Positions 8,867-18,331 of a DNA stretch of 64,000 bases are shown one piece after another (position 1 is the first letter of the stretch; the number at the start of each line of letters is the position of its first letter). Origin of the DNA: Acidimicrobiales bacterium (GTDB lineage: Bacteria; Actinomycetota; Acidimicrobiia; Acidimicrobiales; SZUA-35); NCBI GenBank assembly GCA_050330635.1, contig JBHJNQ010000015.1, forward strand, positions 93,162 through 157,161, read 5' to 3'. Position numbers and translations under genes: made by a program. Under the pieces are notes generated by a model, which saw only the letters and a program-made list of their open reading frames with translations, ran no database searches and was not told the origin of the DNA.

Positions 8867-9955
8867 TCATCTGAGGACCACGACCGAGCGCAGGACCTCG
8901 CCCCGTTCCATCTTGTGGAACGCCTCGTCGACGGCGTCGAGGCCGATCGTCTCCGACACGAACCCGTCGAGGTTGAGCCGGCCCTGGAGGTAGAGGTCGA
9001 TCAGCATGGGGAAGTCGCGGCTGGGCAGGCAGTCGCCGTACCAGCTCGACTTGAGCGACCCGCCCCGACCGAACACGTCGATCAGGGGGAGCTCGATCTT
9101 CATCGTCGGGTTGGGCACGCCGACGAGCACGACGGTGCCGGCCAGGTCGCGGGCATAGAACGCCTGCTCGTAGGTCTGGGGCAGGCCGATGGCCTCGATG
9201 GCCACGTCGACCCCGTTGCCGTCGGTCAGTGCCCGGATCCGCTCGACCGGGTCGTGCCGGGTGGAGTTGATGGTGTGGGTGGCCCCGAACGTGGAGGCCA
9301 GCTGGAGCTTGTTGTCGTCGATGTCGACGGCGATGATCGTGTGGGCGCCGGCCAGGCGGGAGCCCTCGACGGCGGCGTTGCCCACGCCCCCGCAGCCGAA
9401 CACGGCCACGGAGTCTCCCCGGGTGACGCCGCCGGTGTTGATGGCGGCGCCCAGTCCGGCCATCACCCCACAGCCCAGCAGCCCCGCCACCTCGGGCTTG
9501 GCCGCCTCGTCGATCTTCGTGCACTGGCCCGCCGCCACCAGGGTCTTGTCGCAGAAGGCGCCGATGCCGAGGGCGGGCGACAGCTCGGTGCCGTCGGTGA
9601 GGGTCATCCTCTGGGTGGCGTTGTGGGTGGCGAAGCAGTACCACGGCCTGCCCCGGCGGCAGGCCCGGCACTGGCCGCACACGGCCCGCCAGTTCAGGAT
9701 CACGTAGTCGCCCGGGGCGACCTCGGTCACCCCCTCGCCCACCGACTCGACGACACCGGCCGCCTCGTGACCGAGGAGGAAGGGGAAGTCGTCGTTGATG
9801 CCGCCCTCCCGGTAGTGGAGGTCGGTGTGGCACACCCCACAGGCCTGGACCGCCACCACGGCCTCACCGGGACCGGGGTCGGGGACGATGATCGTCTCCA
9901 CCGTGACCGGCTCGCCCTTGGCCCTGGCGATGACTCCTCGAACTTCCTGTGGCAT
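8867..9955 (-). CDS. mscR: S-(hydroxymethyl)mycothiol / S-nitrosomycothiol dehydrogenase-type class III Zn alcohol dehydrogenase
   Basis: 362 aa with [36 protein letters not shown] and [10 protein letters not shown]. Strong resemblance to the actinobacterial MscR/AdhE2 family. Confidence 0.9.
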   Translation of the reverse strand: MPQEVRGVIARAKGEPVTVETIIVPDPGPGEAVVAVQACGVCHTDLHYREGGINDDFPFLLGHEAAGVVESVGEGVTEVAPGDYVILNWRAVCGQCRACRRGRPWYCFATHNATQRMTLTDGTELSPALGIGAFCDKTLVAAGQCTKIDEAAKPEVAGLLGCGVMAGLGAAINTGGVTRGDSVAVFGCGGVGNAAVEGSRLAGAHTIIAVDIDDNKLQLASTFGATHTINSTRHDPVERIRALTDGNGVDVAIEAIGLPQTYEQAFYARDLAGTVVLVGVPNPTMKIELPLIDVFGRGGSLKSSWYGDCLPSRDFPMLIDLYLQGRLNLDGFVSETIGLDAVDEAFHKMERGEVLRSVVVLR

Positions 9956-10211
9956 GGTTGGCGCTTCCTCGCTCCCACCTCGGCGCCGACCGTGACGTCG
10001 ACGGCGGCTCGCTGTCTGGTGGCGAAGACTAGCCGGCGGGCGTAGCCCCGGCTCACCGACGATGAGACCACCCGCGCACCTGGGGAGGCCGCGGTGGCCG
10101 ACCCGACCGCGCTGTCCGGCCAGCCCGCCGCGTGCCTCTCCTCGATCGGTGAACGGCGGTTTCGCCCGCGATCTTGAGCGGCCGGCCTCCCGCCTCGCCC
10201 ATGCCCGACCC

Positions 10212-10238
10212 CCGCCACCGCCTCGGGAGCGGTGGCGG
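10212..10238 (-). terminator. perfect 10-bp stem hairpin downstream of the VOC gene
   Basis: CCGCCACCGC-ctcggga-GCGGTGGCGG, 20 nt after the stop of the minus-strand gene ending at 10259. No U tract. Confidence 0.4.
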
Positions 10239-10258
10239 TGGCCCGTGCAGGCCGGAGG

Positions 10259-10903
10259 TCAGTCCCTGACGTGCGGCGTCATGAAGGCCACCGGAACGGT
10301 GGAACCGGCGGCCGGCGTCAGTGCGGCGATGCGCCGACCGGGCTGGACGGCGTCGACCGGGGTGGTGAGGCGGCCACCGAGCCGGGCCGCCACCCCGTCG
10401 AGATCCTCGGTGGCGAAGGCGAGGCCGGCCAGGCGGGCCGGTGGCCCGTCGGGGACGGGTACCGGTGGTCCGGCCAGCTCCAACAGCGTGTCACCAGCCC
10501 AGAAGAACGTCATGTCGACCGCCTCGCCGGCGCTGTTGGTGTTGCGACCGCCCCGCCGACCGGCACCCAGGGCCTCGATGGCGGCCACGGTACGGGGGGT
10601 GCTCGACGTGCGGATCACGAGATGGTCGATCCGGAACACCCCGTTGGGATGGGCCTCGGGGGCCGGGGTGGCCGGCCCGGGCTCGGCCACGGACACGGTG
10701 GGGATCCCGTCGATGTCGGCCACGTCGCCGGGGATGTCGCGCACCCCCCACCGCACGATCCCCCGGGGTCCCTCGTCCGCCGGCGCCCCCACCAGACGGT
10801 GCTCCACACCGTTGACGATGCAGCTCCCCGCGCCGTCGACGGTGAAGCCGACGTCGCTCCACGACGTCGGGCTGTCGGTGACCTCGAGCCAGGCGATCTC
10901 CAT
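10259..10903 (-). CDS. VOC (glyoxalase/bleomycin resistance/dioxygenase) family protein
   Basis: MEIAWLEVTDSP...FRIDHLVIRTSS...LAGLAFATEDLD. Two-module VOC-like pattern. The ATG at 10903 lies within ORF 10259..11098. Confidence 0.65.
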   Translation of the reverse strand: MEIAWLEVTDSPTSWSDVGFTVDGAGSCIVNGVEHRLVGAPADEGPRGIVRWGVRDIPGDVADIDGIPTVSVAEPGPATPAPEAHPNGVFRIDHLVIRTSSTPRTVAAIEALGAGRRGGRNTNSAGEAVDMTFFWAGDTLLELAGPPVPVPDGPPARLAGLAFATEDLDGVAARLGGRLTTPVDAVQPGRRIAALTPAAGSTVPVAFMTPHVRD

Positions 10904-11181
10904 GCCCGGACCGTAGGCGGCGGAGCGACCGGGGGCGAGGCGACGGCGCCTGGGCCGGGCCCGAGGAGTCGTTGCTGTTGTGGACGGTGTTCGTGGCGTG
11001 GGTGGCGGCGGCGCCCGGGGCGCCGGCGGTGCCGGGCGGCGAACGCCGGGAAACGACGGCGCCGGAGAGCACGGTCGTCGGTGCCGACATCGTGACACCG
11101 GATGAGACGCTCGAGACGTCGGTCTGGTTCCGGTCCGATGGCGAAAAAGCGGCCCGGCCGCGAACGATCTACGCTCGGTCC

Positions 11182-12417
11182 ATGCGCACCTCGGAGGAAC
11201 TGGCGGCGAGATGCCGGGCCGATGGCGAGTTCGGGCTCGCCGCCCGTCACTGGAACGGCGGGCTGCGGTTCGATTTCGGGGATGCGATCGCCGCCATCAG
11301 CCTGGCCGACGGTGAGGTCACCGCCGCCGATCCGGGCGACGGCGACGGGGTCATCACCCTGACCGCTCCCCCCGGGACGTGGGCCATGATGCTGGCCCCG
11401 GTACCGCCGCGGTTCGCCAACGACATCGCCCCGGCCCGCTCCCTCGGGCTCCGGCGCCACGGCGACGAGCTCCTCTACTGGCAGTACGCACCCGCCATCC
11501 AGCGGGCCGTCGAGCTGCTGCGGGAACCGGCGCCCCCCGCTGCGGCGCCGCCCGACAGCCCGCCGGCCGGCACCGTCGAGACGACGACCGGCCACTATGT
11601 CCACCTGGATCTCGGGGGCACGATGCACCGGGTCTACTTCGAGGAGGCGGGATCCGGCATTCCCCTCCTCCTCCAGCACACCGCGGGGTCGCACTCGGTC
11701 CAGTGGCGTCACCTCCTCGCCGAGCCGGCCGTCACCGAGCGGTTCCGCCTCATCGCCTACGACCTGCCCTTCCACGGCAAGTCGTTGCCGCCGGTCGGTC
11801 CGCCGTGGTGGGCCGAGCCGTACCGGCTCGACGGTGCGACGCTCCGCTCGGTGCCCCTGGCCCTGGCGGCGGCGCTCGGTCTCGACCGCCCGGCGTTCAT
11901 GGGGTGCTCGGTCGGCGGCCTCCTCGCCCTCGACCTGGCCGCCCGTCACCCCGACGCCGTCCGGGCCGTGATCGCGGTGGAGGGAGCACTCCGGGTCGAG
12001 GGCGACTGGCACGACCTCCTCGGCTTCTGGCACCCCCAGGTGTCCAACGAGTCCAAGGCCCGGATGATGGAGGGCCTGACCGCCCCCACGTCGCCGCTGG
12101 CGTTGCGGAAGGAGACGGTGCAGGCCTACGCCGCCGGCTGGCCGCCCGCCTTCTGGGGTGACCTCTACTACTACCTGGTCGACTACGACCTGACGGACCT
12201 GGCATCGACCGTCGACACGGGTCGGGTCGGGGTCCACATCCTCAACGGCCACTACGACTACAGCGCCACCGTCGAGCACGGCCGGGCAGCCCACGAGGCG
12301 ATCGCCGGTTCCACGTTCACCGAGATGACCGACCTCGGGCACTTCCCCATGTCCGAGCACCCCGAGGCCTTCCTCCGCTACCTCCTCCCCGTGCTCGACA
12401 TCATCGCGTCGGGCTGA
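11182..12417 (+). CDS. SCP2-like N-terminal domain fused to alpha/beta hydrolase
   Basis: MRTSEELAARCRADGEF...; hydrolase part LLLQHTAGSHS...FMGCSVGGLLAL (nucleophile elbow G-C-S-V-G)...DLGHFPMSEHPE. Confidence 0.75.
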   Translation: MRTSEELAARCRADGEFGLAARHWNGGLRFDFGDAIAAISLADGEVTAADPGDGDGVITLTAPPGTWAMMLAPVPPRFANDIAPARSLGLRRHGDELLYWQYAPAIQRAVELLREPAPPAAAPPDSPPAGTVETTTGHYVHLDLGGTMHRVYFEEAGSGIPLLLQHTAGSHSVQWRHLLAEPAVTERFRLIAYDLPFHGKSLPPVGPPWWAEPYRLDGATLRSVPLALAAALGLDRPAFMGCSVGGLLALDLAARHPDAVRAVIAVEGALRVEGDWHDLLGFWHPQVSNESKARMMEGLTAPTSPLALRKETVQAYAAGWPPAFWGDLYYYLVDYDLTDLASTVDTGRVGVHILNGHYDYSATVEHGRAAHEAIAGSTFTEMTDLGHFPMSEHPEAFLRYLLPVLDIIASG

Positions 12418-12510
12418 CGGCGCCCGTCCCCCCCCGCCACGGCCCACTCGATCGGCGACGGGGAGCCTGCTTTGTCGTCTCGTCGTCGGCGACGCTACGG
12501 TCGGCCCGCC

Positions 12511-13389
12511 ATGGCCTTCAGCGACGAGCCAGTCGAGATCCTGACCAGCAGCGACGGGGAGCCCGTCGCTCTCCACGACGCCGGCGGTGTCGGGCCGCCC
12601 CTGCTGATGGGCCACGGCAACGGGCTCAACGCCGGCATGTGGGCGGCCGTGATCCCCCATCTCCGCCACCGGTTCCACTGCTACGGCATCGACCTCCGGG
12701 GCCACGGGGCCTGCCGCCCCGTCGACCCCCACTACGACGTGGCCCGCGAGCGGTTCGCCGACGATGTCCTCGCCTGCGTCGACCACCTGGGGGCGGCGCC
12801 GACCCGCTACGTGGGCCACTCCCTCGGTGGGGCCGCCGTCATCTTCGCCGCCCTCCAGCGGCCCGAGGCGTTCGCCGCCCTGTGGCTGTTCGAGCCCGTG
12901 GTCATCCCCGCCGGTTTCGCCCGCCCCGACGGGGGCGCCCCCTCAGCCCTCATCGAGATGGCCCGCCGGCGCCGGATGGTGTTCGACTCGGTCGACGACG
13001 CCATCGCCCGGTTCTCCTCCAAGCCCCCGTTCGCCGGCTGCGACCCGACCAGCGTGCGGGCCTACGCGGAGGTGGGGACGGCGCCGGTCGATCCCGACGA
13101 CCCGTCGGCCGGGGTCCGGTTGTCGTGCCGGGGGGAGGACGAGGCCCGCGTGTTCGGCACGGGGGAGGCGATCGACCTCGACCGGCTGAACGGTCTCCGC
13201 CTCCCCACCCTCGTGGTCTGCGGCGGGGTCGACGACGACGACCACGCCGTGCCGGCCCAGGTCGCCCCGGTCCTGGCCGACGCCCTCGGGGCCGGGAGGC
13301 TGGAACGCCACCCCGAGCTCACCCACTTCGGGCCCATGGAGGATCCGGTGGCGACCGCCCGCTCGATCCTCGACTTCTTCGCCGAGTGA
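12511..13389 (+). CDS. alpha/beta hydrolase
   Basis: PLLMGHGNGLNAGMW, GHSLGGAAV (GxSxG) and THFGPMEDP. ATG at 12511. Confidence 0.8.
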   Translation: MAFSDEPVEILTSSDGEPVALHDAGGVGPPLLMGHGNGLNAGMWAAVIPHLRHRFHCYGIDLRGHGACRPVDPHYDVARERFADDVLACVDHLGAAPTRYVGHSLGGAAVIFAALQRPEAFAALWLFEPVVIPAGFARPDGGAPSALIEMARRRRMVFDSVDDAIARFSSKPPFAGCDPTSVRAYAEVGTAPVDPDDPSAGVRLSCRGEDEARVFGTGEAIDLDRLNGLRLPTLVVCGGVDDDDHAVPAQVAPVLADALGAGRLERHPELTHFGPMEDPVATARSILDFFAE

Positions 13390-13404
13390 CGGGGCCGGTC
13401 ACGG

Positions 13405-13689
13405 ATGGTCGATCAGGCCGTGCCACCCATGACGGTGACCGAGATCCATCCCGACGGTGATCAGGACGGGCGCCAGGGGGCTGGATTCGTCACGGTGCTC
13501 GTGCTGTTCATCGCTGTCCAGCTCAGCGGTGCCTACATCATGATGGGCATCATGCAGGAGAAGGGGGCCACGATCGTCGAGCCGCTGCCGCCCGGGATGG
13601 CGGGAGGCGTGGTCGCTCACGTCGTGATCGCCAGCGGGGTCAGGGCCGGCCGGTCGCCGTGCCCCCCCGGGTACGCTGGCCCCCGATGA
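13405..13689 (+). CDS. small membrane protein (hypothetical)
   Basis: One predicted TM helix (FVTVLVLFIAVQLSGAYIMMGIM). Its TGA overlaps the ATG of the next gene (ATGA at 13686..13689), suggesting coupling. Confidence 0.35.
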   Translation: MVDQAVPPMTVTEIHPDGDQDGRQGAGFVTVLVLFIAVQLSGAYIMMGIMQEKGATIVEPLPPGMAGGVVAHVVIASGVRAGRSPCPPGYAGPR

Positions 13690-14000
13690 GCATCAAGGTG
13701 GCGATCGAGGAGCTGGCGACGGCCGTGGCCGAGCGGGGCCCCGCCTACCTGCTGACCACGGTGCCCGACGGCCGGCCCCACGTGATGCATCTCCAGTTCG
13801 CCGTCGACGGCGGCGAACTGCGGGCCGAGGGACTCGGCCGGACGGCCACCGCCAACATCGGCGCCCAGCCGGCGGTCACGCTGTTGTGGTCGCCCGACGG
13901 CGACGGCTACAGCCTGATCGTCGACGGTGAGGCCACGGCCGACGGCGCAGGTGGTGTCGTCGTGACGGCCCTCGACGCCGTGCTCCACCGCCCGGCCTGA
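13686..14000 (+). CDS. pyridoxamine 5'-phosphate oxidase-family (split-barrel) protein
   Basis: MSIKVAIEELATAVAERGPAYLLTTVPDGRPHVMHLQF...VTLLW. Typical small PNPOx-like/F420-binding fold pattern. Confidence 0.6.
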   Translation: MSIKVAIEELATAVAERGPAYLLTTVPDGRPHVMHLQFAVDGGELRAEGLGRTATANIGAQPAVTLLWSPDGDGYSLIVDGEATADGAGGVVVTALDAVLHRPA

Positions 14001-14069
14001 CCATCGCCCCGCCAACGGTGCCGCCGCCCGTCCCGACAGGGGCCACCGGCACGCCCCTATGGTGGAAGG

Positions 14070-14855
14070 ATGACCACGGGCGAGACCTCTCCCAACGCCG
14101 GTCACCGGAAGCCGCCCGGTGACCACGATCCCGGCGCCGAACGCGAACGTGAACGCGACGCGATGATCCACGATCACCGCGACGTCCAGGGCGGAACGGC
14201 CCGGGCCGCCGTGTTCGGCATCAGTGACGGCCTCGTGTCCAACGTGGCCCTCATCCTCGGTGTCGCCGCCGCCTCGGACTCGGCCGACGCCGTCCTGGTG
14301 GCCGGGGTCTCCGGGCTGCTGGCGGGAGCGGCATCGATGGCGGCGGGGGAGTACGTCTCGGTCAAGGCCCAGGCCGAGCTGGTCGAGCGGGAGCTCGACA
14401 TCGAACGGGTGTCCATCGCTCAACGACCACGGCTCGAGACCGAGGAGCTGGCCGCGATCTACCGGTCGCGAGGCATCGAGTCCGAGCAGGCGGAGGCCAT
14501 GGCCGAGGCCGTCATGGCCGATCCGACGGTGGCGCTCGAGGTCCACGCCCGGGAGGAGCTCGGGGTCGACCCGGGCTCGGTCGGCGATCCCCGGGGGGCG
14601 GCGGTCAGCTCCTTCGTGGCCTTCGCCGTGGGCGCCTCCCTGCCGCTGCTGCCCTGGTTCGTGGCCGCCGGTGCCGCCGCCACGGTCGCCTCGGTGGCGA
14701 TCGGGCTGGCCGCCGCCGCCGCCGTCGGGTTCACCCTCGCCGTGTTCACGGAGCGCTCGAAGGCCCGCACGATGGGGCGCCAGGTGGGCCTCGCCGCTGC
14801 CGCCTGCCTTCTGACCTGGCTCATCGGCTCCGCCCTGGGTGCGACCGTCGTCTGA
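14070..14855 (+). CDS. VIT1/CCC1-family iron/manganese transporter
   Basis: AAVFGISDGLVSNVALILGVA, AGAASMAAGEYVSVKAQ, and C-terminal TM helices. Confidence 0.85.
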   Translation: MTTGETSPNAGHRKPPGDHDPGAERERERDAMIHDHRDVQGGTARAAVFGISDGLVSNVALILGVAAASDSADAVLVAGVSGLLAGAASMAAGEYVSVKAQAELVERELDIERVSIAQRPRLETEELAAIYRSRGIESEQAEAMAEAVMADPTVALEVHAREELGVDPGSVGDPRGAAVSSFVAFAVGASLPLLPWFVAAGAAATVASVAIGLAAAAAVGFTLAVFTERSKARTMGRQVGLAAAACLLTWLIGSALGATVV

Positions 14856-14970
14856 ACCCGTTCGCCCCCGGGTGACCCTCCCCCTTCCCGCATGGTTGAC
14901 CGTTGCGTCGATGACGCTATGTTCGGCACCAACCAGGTAGCCCCCGCCACACCGGAGAGGTCCGAACAAC

Positions 14971-15282
14971 GTGATCACCGCACTCGTGCAATTCAGCCTT
15001 TCGGAGCCGATGTCGGCCGAGAAGATGGCGGCGCTATCGGAAGCCAACGCCCCGAGTTACATCGATCGCGACGGGCTCGTACGCAAGTACTACGTCCGCT
15101 CCGAGGATGGCACCGAGGTCGGCGGCATCTATCTGTGGTCGACGCGGGCCGACGCCGACCGCTGTTACGACGAGGAGTGGCGGGTCCGGGCCACCGAGGC
15201 CTACGGCGCCGACCCCGTCATCACCTGGCTCCACACCCCCGTGATCGTCGACAACCGCCACGACGAGATCGTCACCGACTGA
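14971..15282 (+). CDS. YdhR-like putative monooxygenase (dimeric alpha-beta barrel)
   Basis: 103 aa, with LVRKYYVRSEDGTEVGGIYLWSTRADADRCY. Confidence 0.55.
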   Translation: MITALVQFSLSEPMSAEKMAALSEANAPSYIDRDGLVRKYYVRSEDGTEVGGIYLWSTRADADRCYDEEWRVRATEAYGADPVITWLHTPVIVDNRHDEIVTD

Positions 15283-15422
15283 TCGGGTCCCGCCAGCCGA
15301 GCCGTCAGCCGTGGGTTGCCGGTCGTCCGATCGGGCGCGACGCCGCCGGCGCCGCTACCGTGCCTGGTGGCGCCGGCCTCCGGACGTCAGGCGATGGGTG
15401 ATGAGTACGTAGGAACGGTCGA

Positions 15423-18146
15423 GTGGATCTTCGGATCGGCGGGTTGGGCGAGGCCACGGAGATAGGGAGCGGTGCCTCCTCCGTTGTGTACCGCGCGAAA
15501 CGGCTCTCCGACGGCCGCGACGTTGCGGTCAAGGTCCTAAACATGGCCGACCCGACGTTCGTCGCCCGCTTCGAGCGGGAGGTGGCGATGCTGACCACGC
15601 TCAGTCGCAGCCCCCGGATCGTGACGGTTCACGAGGCCGGGACCACCGAGCGGGGCCGCCCCTACCTCGTGCTCGACCTGTGCCGGTCGACGCTGCTGGA
15701 GCGGATCGAGCGCGACGGCCGGATCGAGCCGGCGGAGGCGTGCGACATCCTGGCCGAGATCACCGAGGCGGTGGCCGACGCCCACCAGATCGACATCGTT
15801 CACCGCGATCTGAAACCGGGCAACGTGCTGGTCTCCGAGGCCGGTGACCACCTCGTCGCCGACTTCGGCATCGGGACCTTCATGGGGGCGACCACCACTG
15901 GCGGCACCGGCATCGGTTTCACCGCCGGCTACGTGGCTCCCGAGACCCTCACCGGCGACTCCCCTGGCCCGCCAGCCGACATCTACGCCCTGGGAGCGAC
16001 CCTGTTCCACATGCTGTCGGGGCGGGCCCCCTTCGTCGATCCCTCCGGCGAGTCGAACCTCTTCGCCCTGGCCAACCGCATCGCCACTGACCCCGTCGCC
16101 GACCTCCGTCCCGCCGGGGTGCCGGACGAGGTGTGCCGGGTGGTGGAGGCGGCGATGGCCAAGGACCCGGACGTCCGCCCGACGGCGGACGAGCTCCGCC
16201 ACCGGCTGCTGGCCGTGGCCGGCGGCCCCCGCAGTGACGGGAGCGCCGGCGAACACGCCGACGAAAACGCCGACGACGGTCGGGTGCGGTCCGAGGCGGC
16301 GTCGCCCCCTGGCGACCAGCGTGCGTCGTCGCTGCCGACCCCGGGGTCGCTCGTCTCGCCCCCGTCCGTGCCCGGCTATCGGGCGGTGACATTCCTCGAA
16401 CGGGAGCGGGAGCTCTCCGTCTTCCTGGCCCAGCCGGAATCCGCACCGCCCGAGGGGGCACTGGTGGTCGCCCTCCGCGTCGCCGACCGCCGCCAGTCCG
16501 ACCTCGACCGACGCCGTCAGCTCCGCACCCGGTGGAAGGCATTGGCGGGCGCCGCCGACCATCCCCGGCTGGCCCCGATCGACGGCTACGGGTTCACCGC
16601 CGACGGTCGACCCTTCATCGCCCTGGTCCACCACGAAGGCCAGCGGGTGGGCGACCGGGCGGCAGCGGCTCCGCTGCCATGGATGGAGGTGGCGGCGATC
16701 GGCGTCCGTCTGGCGGCCGGGCTCGAGGTGTTGGCCCGTCATCACCTGGTCCACGGAAACGTCCGACCGACGGCGGTGCTCGTCGACGTCGACGGCGAAG
16801 CGGTGCTGGGTGAGTACGCCGTCGCCGGACCCGAGCCCGATCGGGCCGCCGGCACCGTGGCCGAGGTGTGGACCGCCCCCGAGCTGGTGGGCGACGGACC
16901 GCCGACCGTTGCCGGCGACCTTTTCGGTCTCGGGGCCACGCTGGCCCGACTGGCGGGTGCCACCGTCGCTGGGGATCCCGGCCACCTGGCCCGCCGGCTC
17001 GAGACCGACGTCGCCCTGACCGCGGTGCCCGATCCGTTGCGGCGGCTGCTGTTGGCGCTCGTCGATCCCGATCCGGGGCGACGACCGGCCTCGGCTCGCG
17101 ACGTGATCGGAGCCCTTCGCAGCCTGCAGAGCGACCACGGGCTGACCCCCACCCCCAGCCTGCTCGAACCCCCACCGCCGATGCCCCCGGCCGAGACGGC
17201 GTCGGCCGCCGCCTCCGGCCCCGCCGTCCCGGAGCACGACGAGCCGCCCCTCCCTCCCCCTCCGGGGACCGTCCTCGGCGACGACGTCCTCCGCCAGCTC
17301 GGTTTCGACGCCCCCGATGCCGTGGGGCGCCCCGCCCCGATCCCGGGAGCCGGTGCCGAGGTGTCGGCGGATGCCGCTCGCACCGCCGACCTGTCCGACA
17401 TCCTCGCCGCTCATCACCGCCAGCAGCCCGAGCCCGGACGACCGCCGCCGGCCGTCACCGGCACGGTGACCGCCGCCGCATCACCGTCGGCGGTCGGCCG
17501 CCCCGTCGGGGGCCCACCTCCCCTCCCGCCGCAGGAACCGGTCGCCCGACCCTACGACACCGCCCCCGTCACCGACCGACGGTCGCTCTCCGTCCATCAC
17601 CACGAGCTCCCGGCCAGCGCCCTGCGCCGGCTGATCGTCGGTGGCGTCGCCGCCGTCGCCCTGGCCGGCGCCGTGATCTACCTGTGGCAGCAGCGTGACG
17701 ACCGCGGTGACACGACCCTCGCCGACGCCACGACCACCCCGGCACCGCCGACGGCGGTCGTGCCGCTCGTGGCCAACGTCGACGAGGAGAACGCGGTCGC
17801 CCGAATCCAGAACGCCGGCTTCACCGCCGTCATCACCCACCGATTCGATCCGGCCTCGCCCCAGGGCAGCATCCTGTCGGCGACCCCATCGTCCGGGTCG
17901 ACGGCCGAGGTGGGCTCGTCGGTCGAGCTCGTTGTGTCCCTCGGTGCCGAGCCGTCGTGCACCGGCTCGAGCCGTGAGGAGATCCGCCGCCAGCTCGACC
18001 TGCGCGGCATCGCCGTGGCCCTCGTGGCCGAGGAGTTCAACGAGTCGGTCGAGGCGGGAGCGGGGCTGCGGTGCGAGTTCGACACCGAGACGCCGTCGGC
18101 CGTGGTGTTCGTGTCGAAGGGGCCCGATCCGGAGGCCGAGGGCTGA
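15423..18146 (+). CDS. Ser/Thr protein kinase with tandem kinase + pseudokinase domains, one TM helix and an extracellular PASTA region
   Basis: - Domain 1: GSGASSVVYRA, VAVKVL, HRDLKPGN (15801..15824), ADFGIG, YVAPE.
- Domain 2 (about 16374..17190): no Gly loop, VVALRV, HGNVRP (16752..16769), GEY in place of DFG, but WTAPE, DLFGLGATL and DPDPGRRP are retained.
- TM helix at about 17622..17687.
- PASTA-like region VPLVANVDEENAVARIQNAGFTAV...VELVVSLG at 17757..17945. Confidence 0.85.
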   Translation: MDLRIGGLGEATEIGSGASSVVYRAKRLSDGRDVAVKVLNMADPTFVARFEREVAMLTTLSRSPRIVTVHEAGTTERGRPYLVLDLCRSTLLERIERDGRIEPAEACDILAEITEAVADAHQIDIVHRDLKPGNVLVSEAGDHLVADFGIGTFMGATTTGGTGIGFTAGYVAPETLTGDSPGPPADIYALGATLFHMLSGRAPFVDPSGESNLFALANRIATDPVADLRPAGVPDEVCRVVEAAMAKDPDVRPTADELRHRLLAVAGGPRSDGSAGEHADENADDGRVRSEAASPPGDQRASSLPTPGSLVSPPSVPGYRAVTFLERERELSVFLAQPESAPPEGALVVALRVADRRQSDLDRRRQLRTRWKALAGAADHPRLAPIDGYGFTADGRPFIALVHHEGQRVGDRAAAAPLPWMEVAAIGVRLAAGLEVLARHHLVHGNVRPTAVLVDVDGEAVLGEYAVAGPEPDRAAGTVAEVWTAPELVGDGPPTVAGDLFGLGATLARLAGATVAGDPGHLARRLETDVALTAVPDPLRRLLLALVDPDPGRRPASARDVIGALRSLQSDHGLTPTPSLLEPPPPMPPAETASAAASGPAVPEHDEPPLPPPPGTVLGDDVLRQLGFDAPDAVGRPAPIPGAGAEVSADAARTADLSDILAAHHRQQPEPGRPPPAVTGTVTAAASPSAVGRPVGGPPPLPPQEPVARPYDTAPVTDRRSLSVHHHELPASALRRLIVGGVAAVALAGAVIYLWQQRDDRGDTTLADATTTPAPPTAVVPLVANVDEENAVARIQNAGFTAVITHRFDPASPQGSILSATPSSGSTAEVGSSVELVVSLGAEPSCTGSSREEIRRQLDLRGIAVALVAEEFNESVEAGAGLRCEFDTETPSAVVFVSKGPDPEAEG

Positions 18147-18206
18147 CCTCGCCCGATGGTCGTGGAAGAATCGGGTTGTGAGACGATCGTCACCCTGGTT
18201 CACTAG

Positions 18207-18272
18207 ATGGCGATGAGTCGTAACGCCCCCACCACCAGCCGCACGCTCATCGTCATCGTAGTACTTGCGTAG
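18207..18272 (+). CDS. ilvB leader peptide (MAMSRNAPTTSRTLIVIVVLA)
   Basis: 21-codon ORF ending in L-I-V-I-V-V-L-A, directly upstream of hairpins and of ilvB. No clear SD, so it may be leaderless or use the second ATG at 18213. Confidence 0.55.
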   Translation: MAMSRNAPTTSRTLIVIVVLA

Positions 18273-18300
18273 CGCACGCCTTCGACAGACGCGTGCGCAG

Positions 18301-18331
18301 AGCCTCCCACCCGGGAGGCTTTGTTGCTTTT
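18301..18331 (+). terminator. intrinsic terminator of the ilvB attenuator
   Basis: AGCCTCCC-accc-GGGAGGCT followed by TTGTTGCTTTT. It is preceded by a second perfect hairpin, GCGCACGC (18272..18279) / GCGTGCGC (18291..18298). It lies 59 nt upstream of the ilvB ATG. Confidence 0.6.

Noticed and set aside
18176-18204. TTGTGA-N17-TTCACT as the ilvB leader promoter, and TTGACT-N15-TACGGT (7523..7549) as the HNH promoter.
   Set aside because: The -10 candidates fit the actinobacterial TANNNT consensus poorly or have non-optimal spacing. They are not reported as features.
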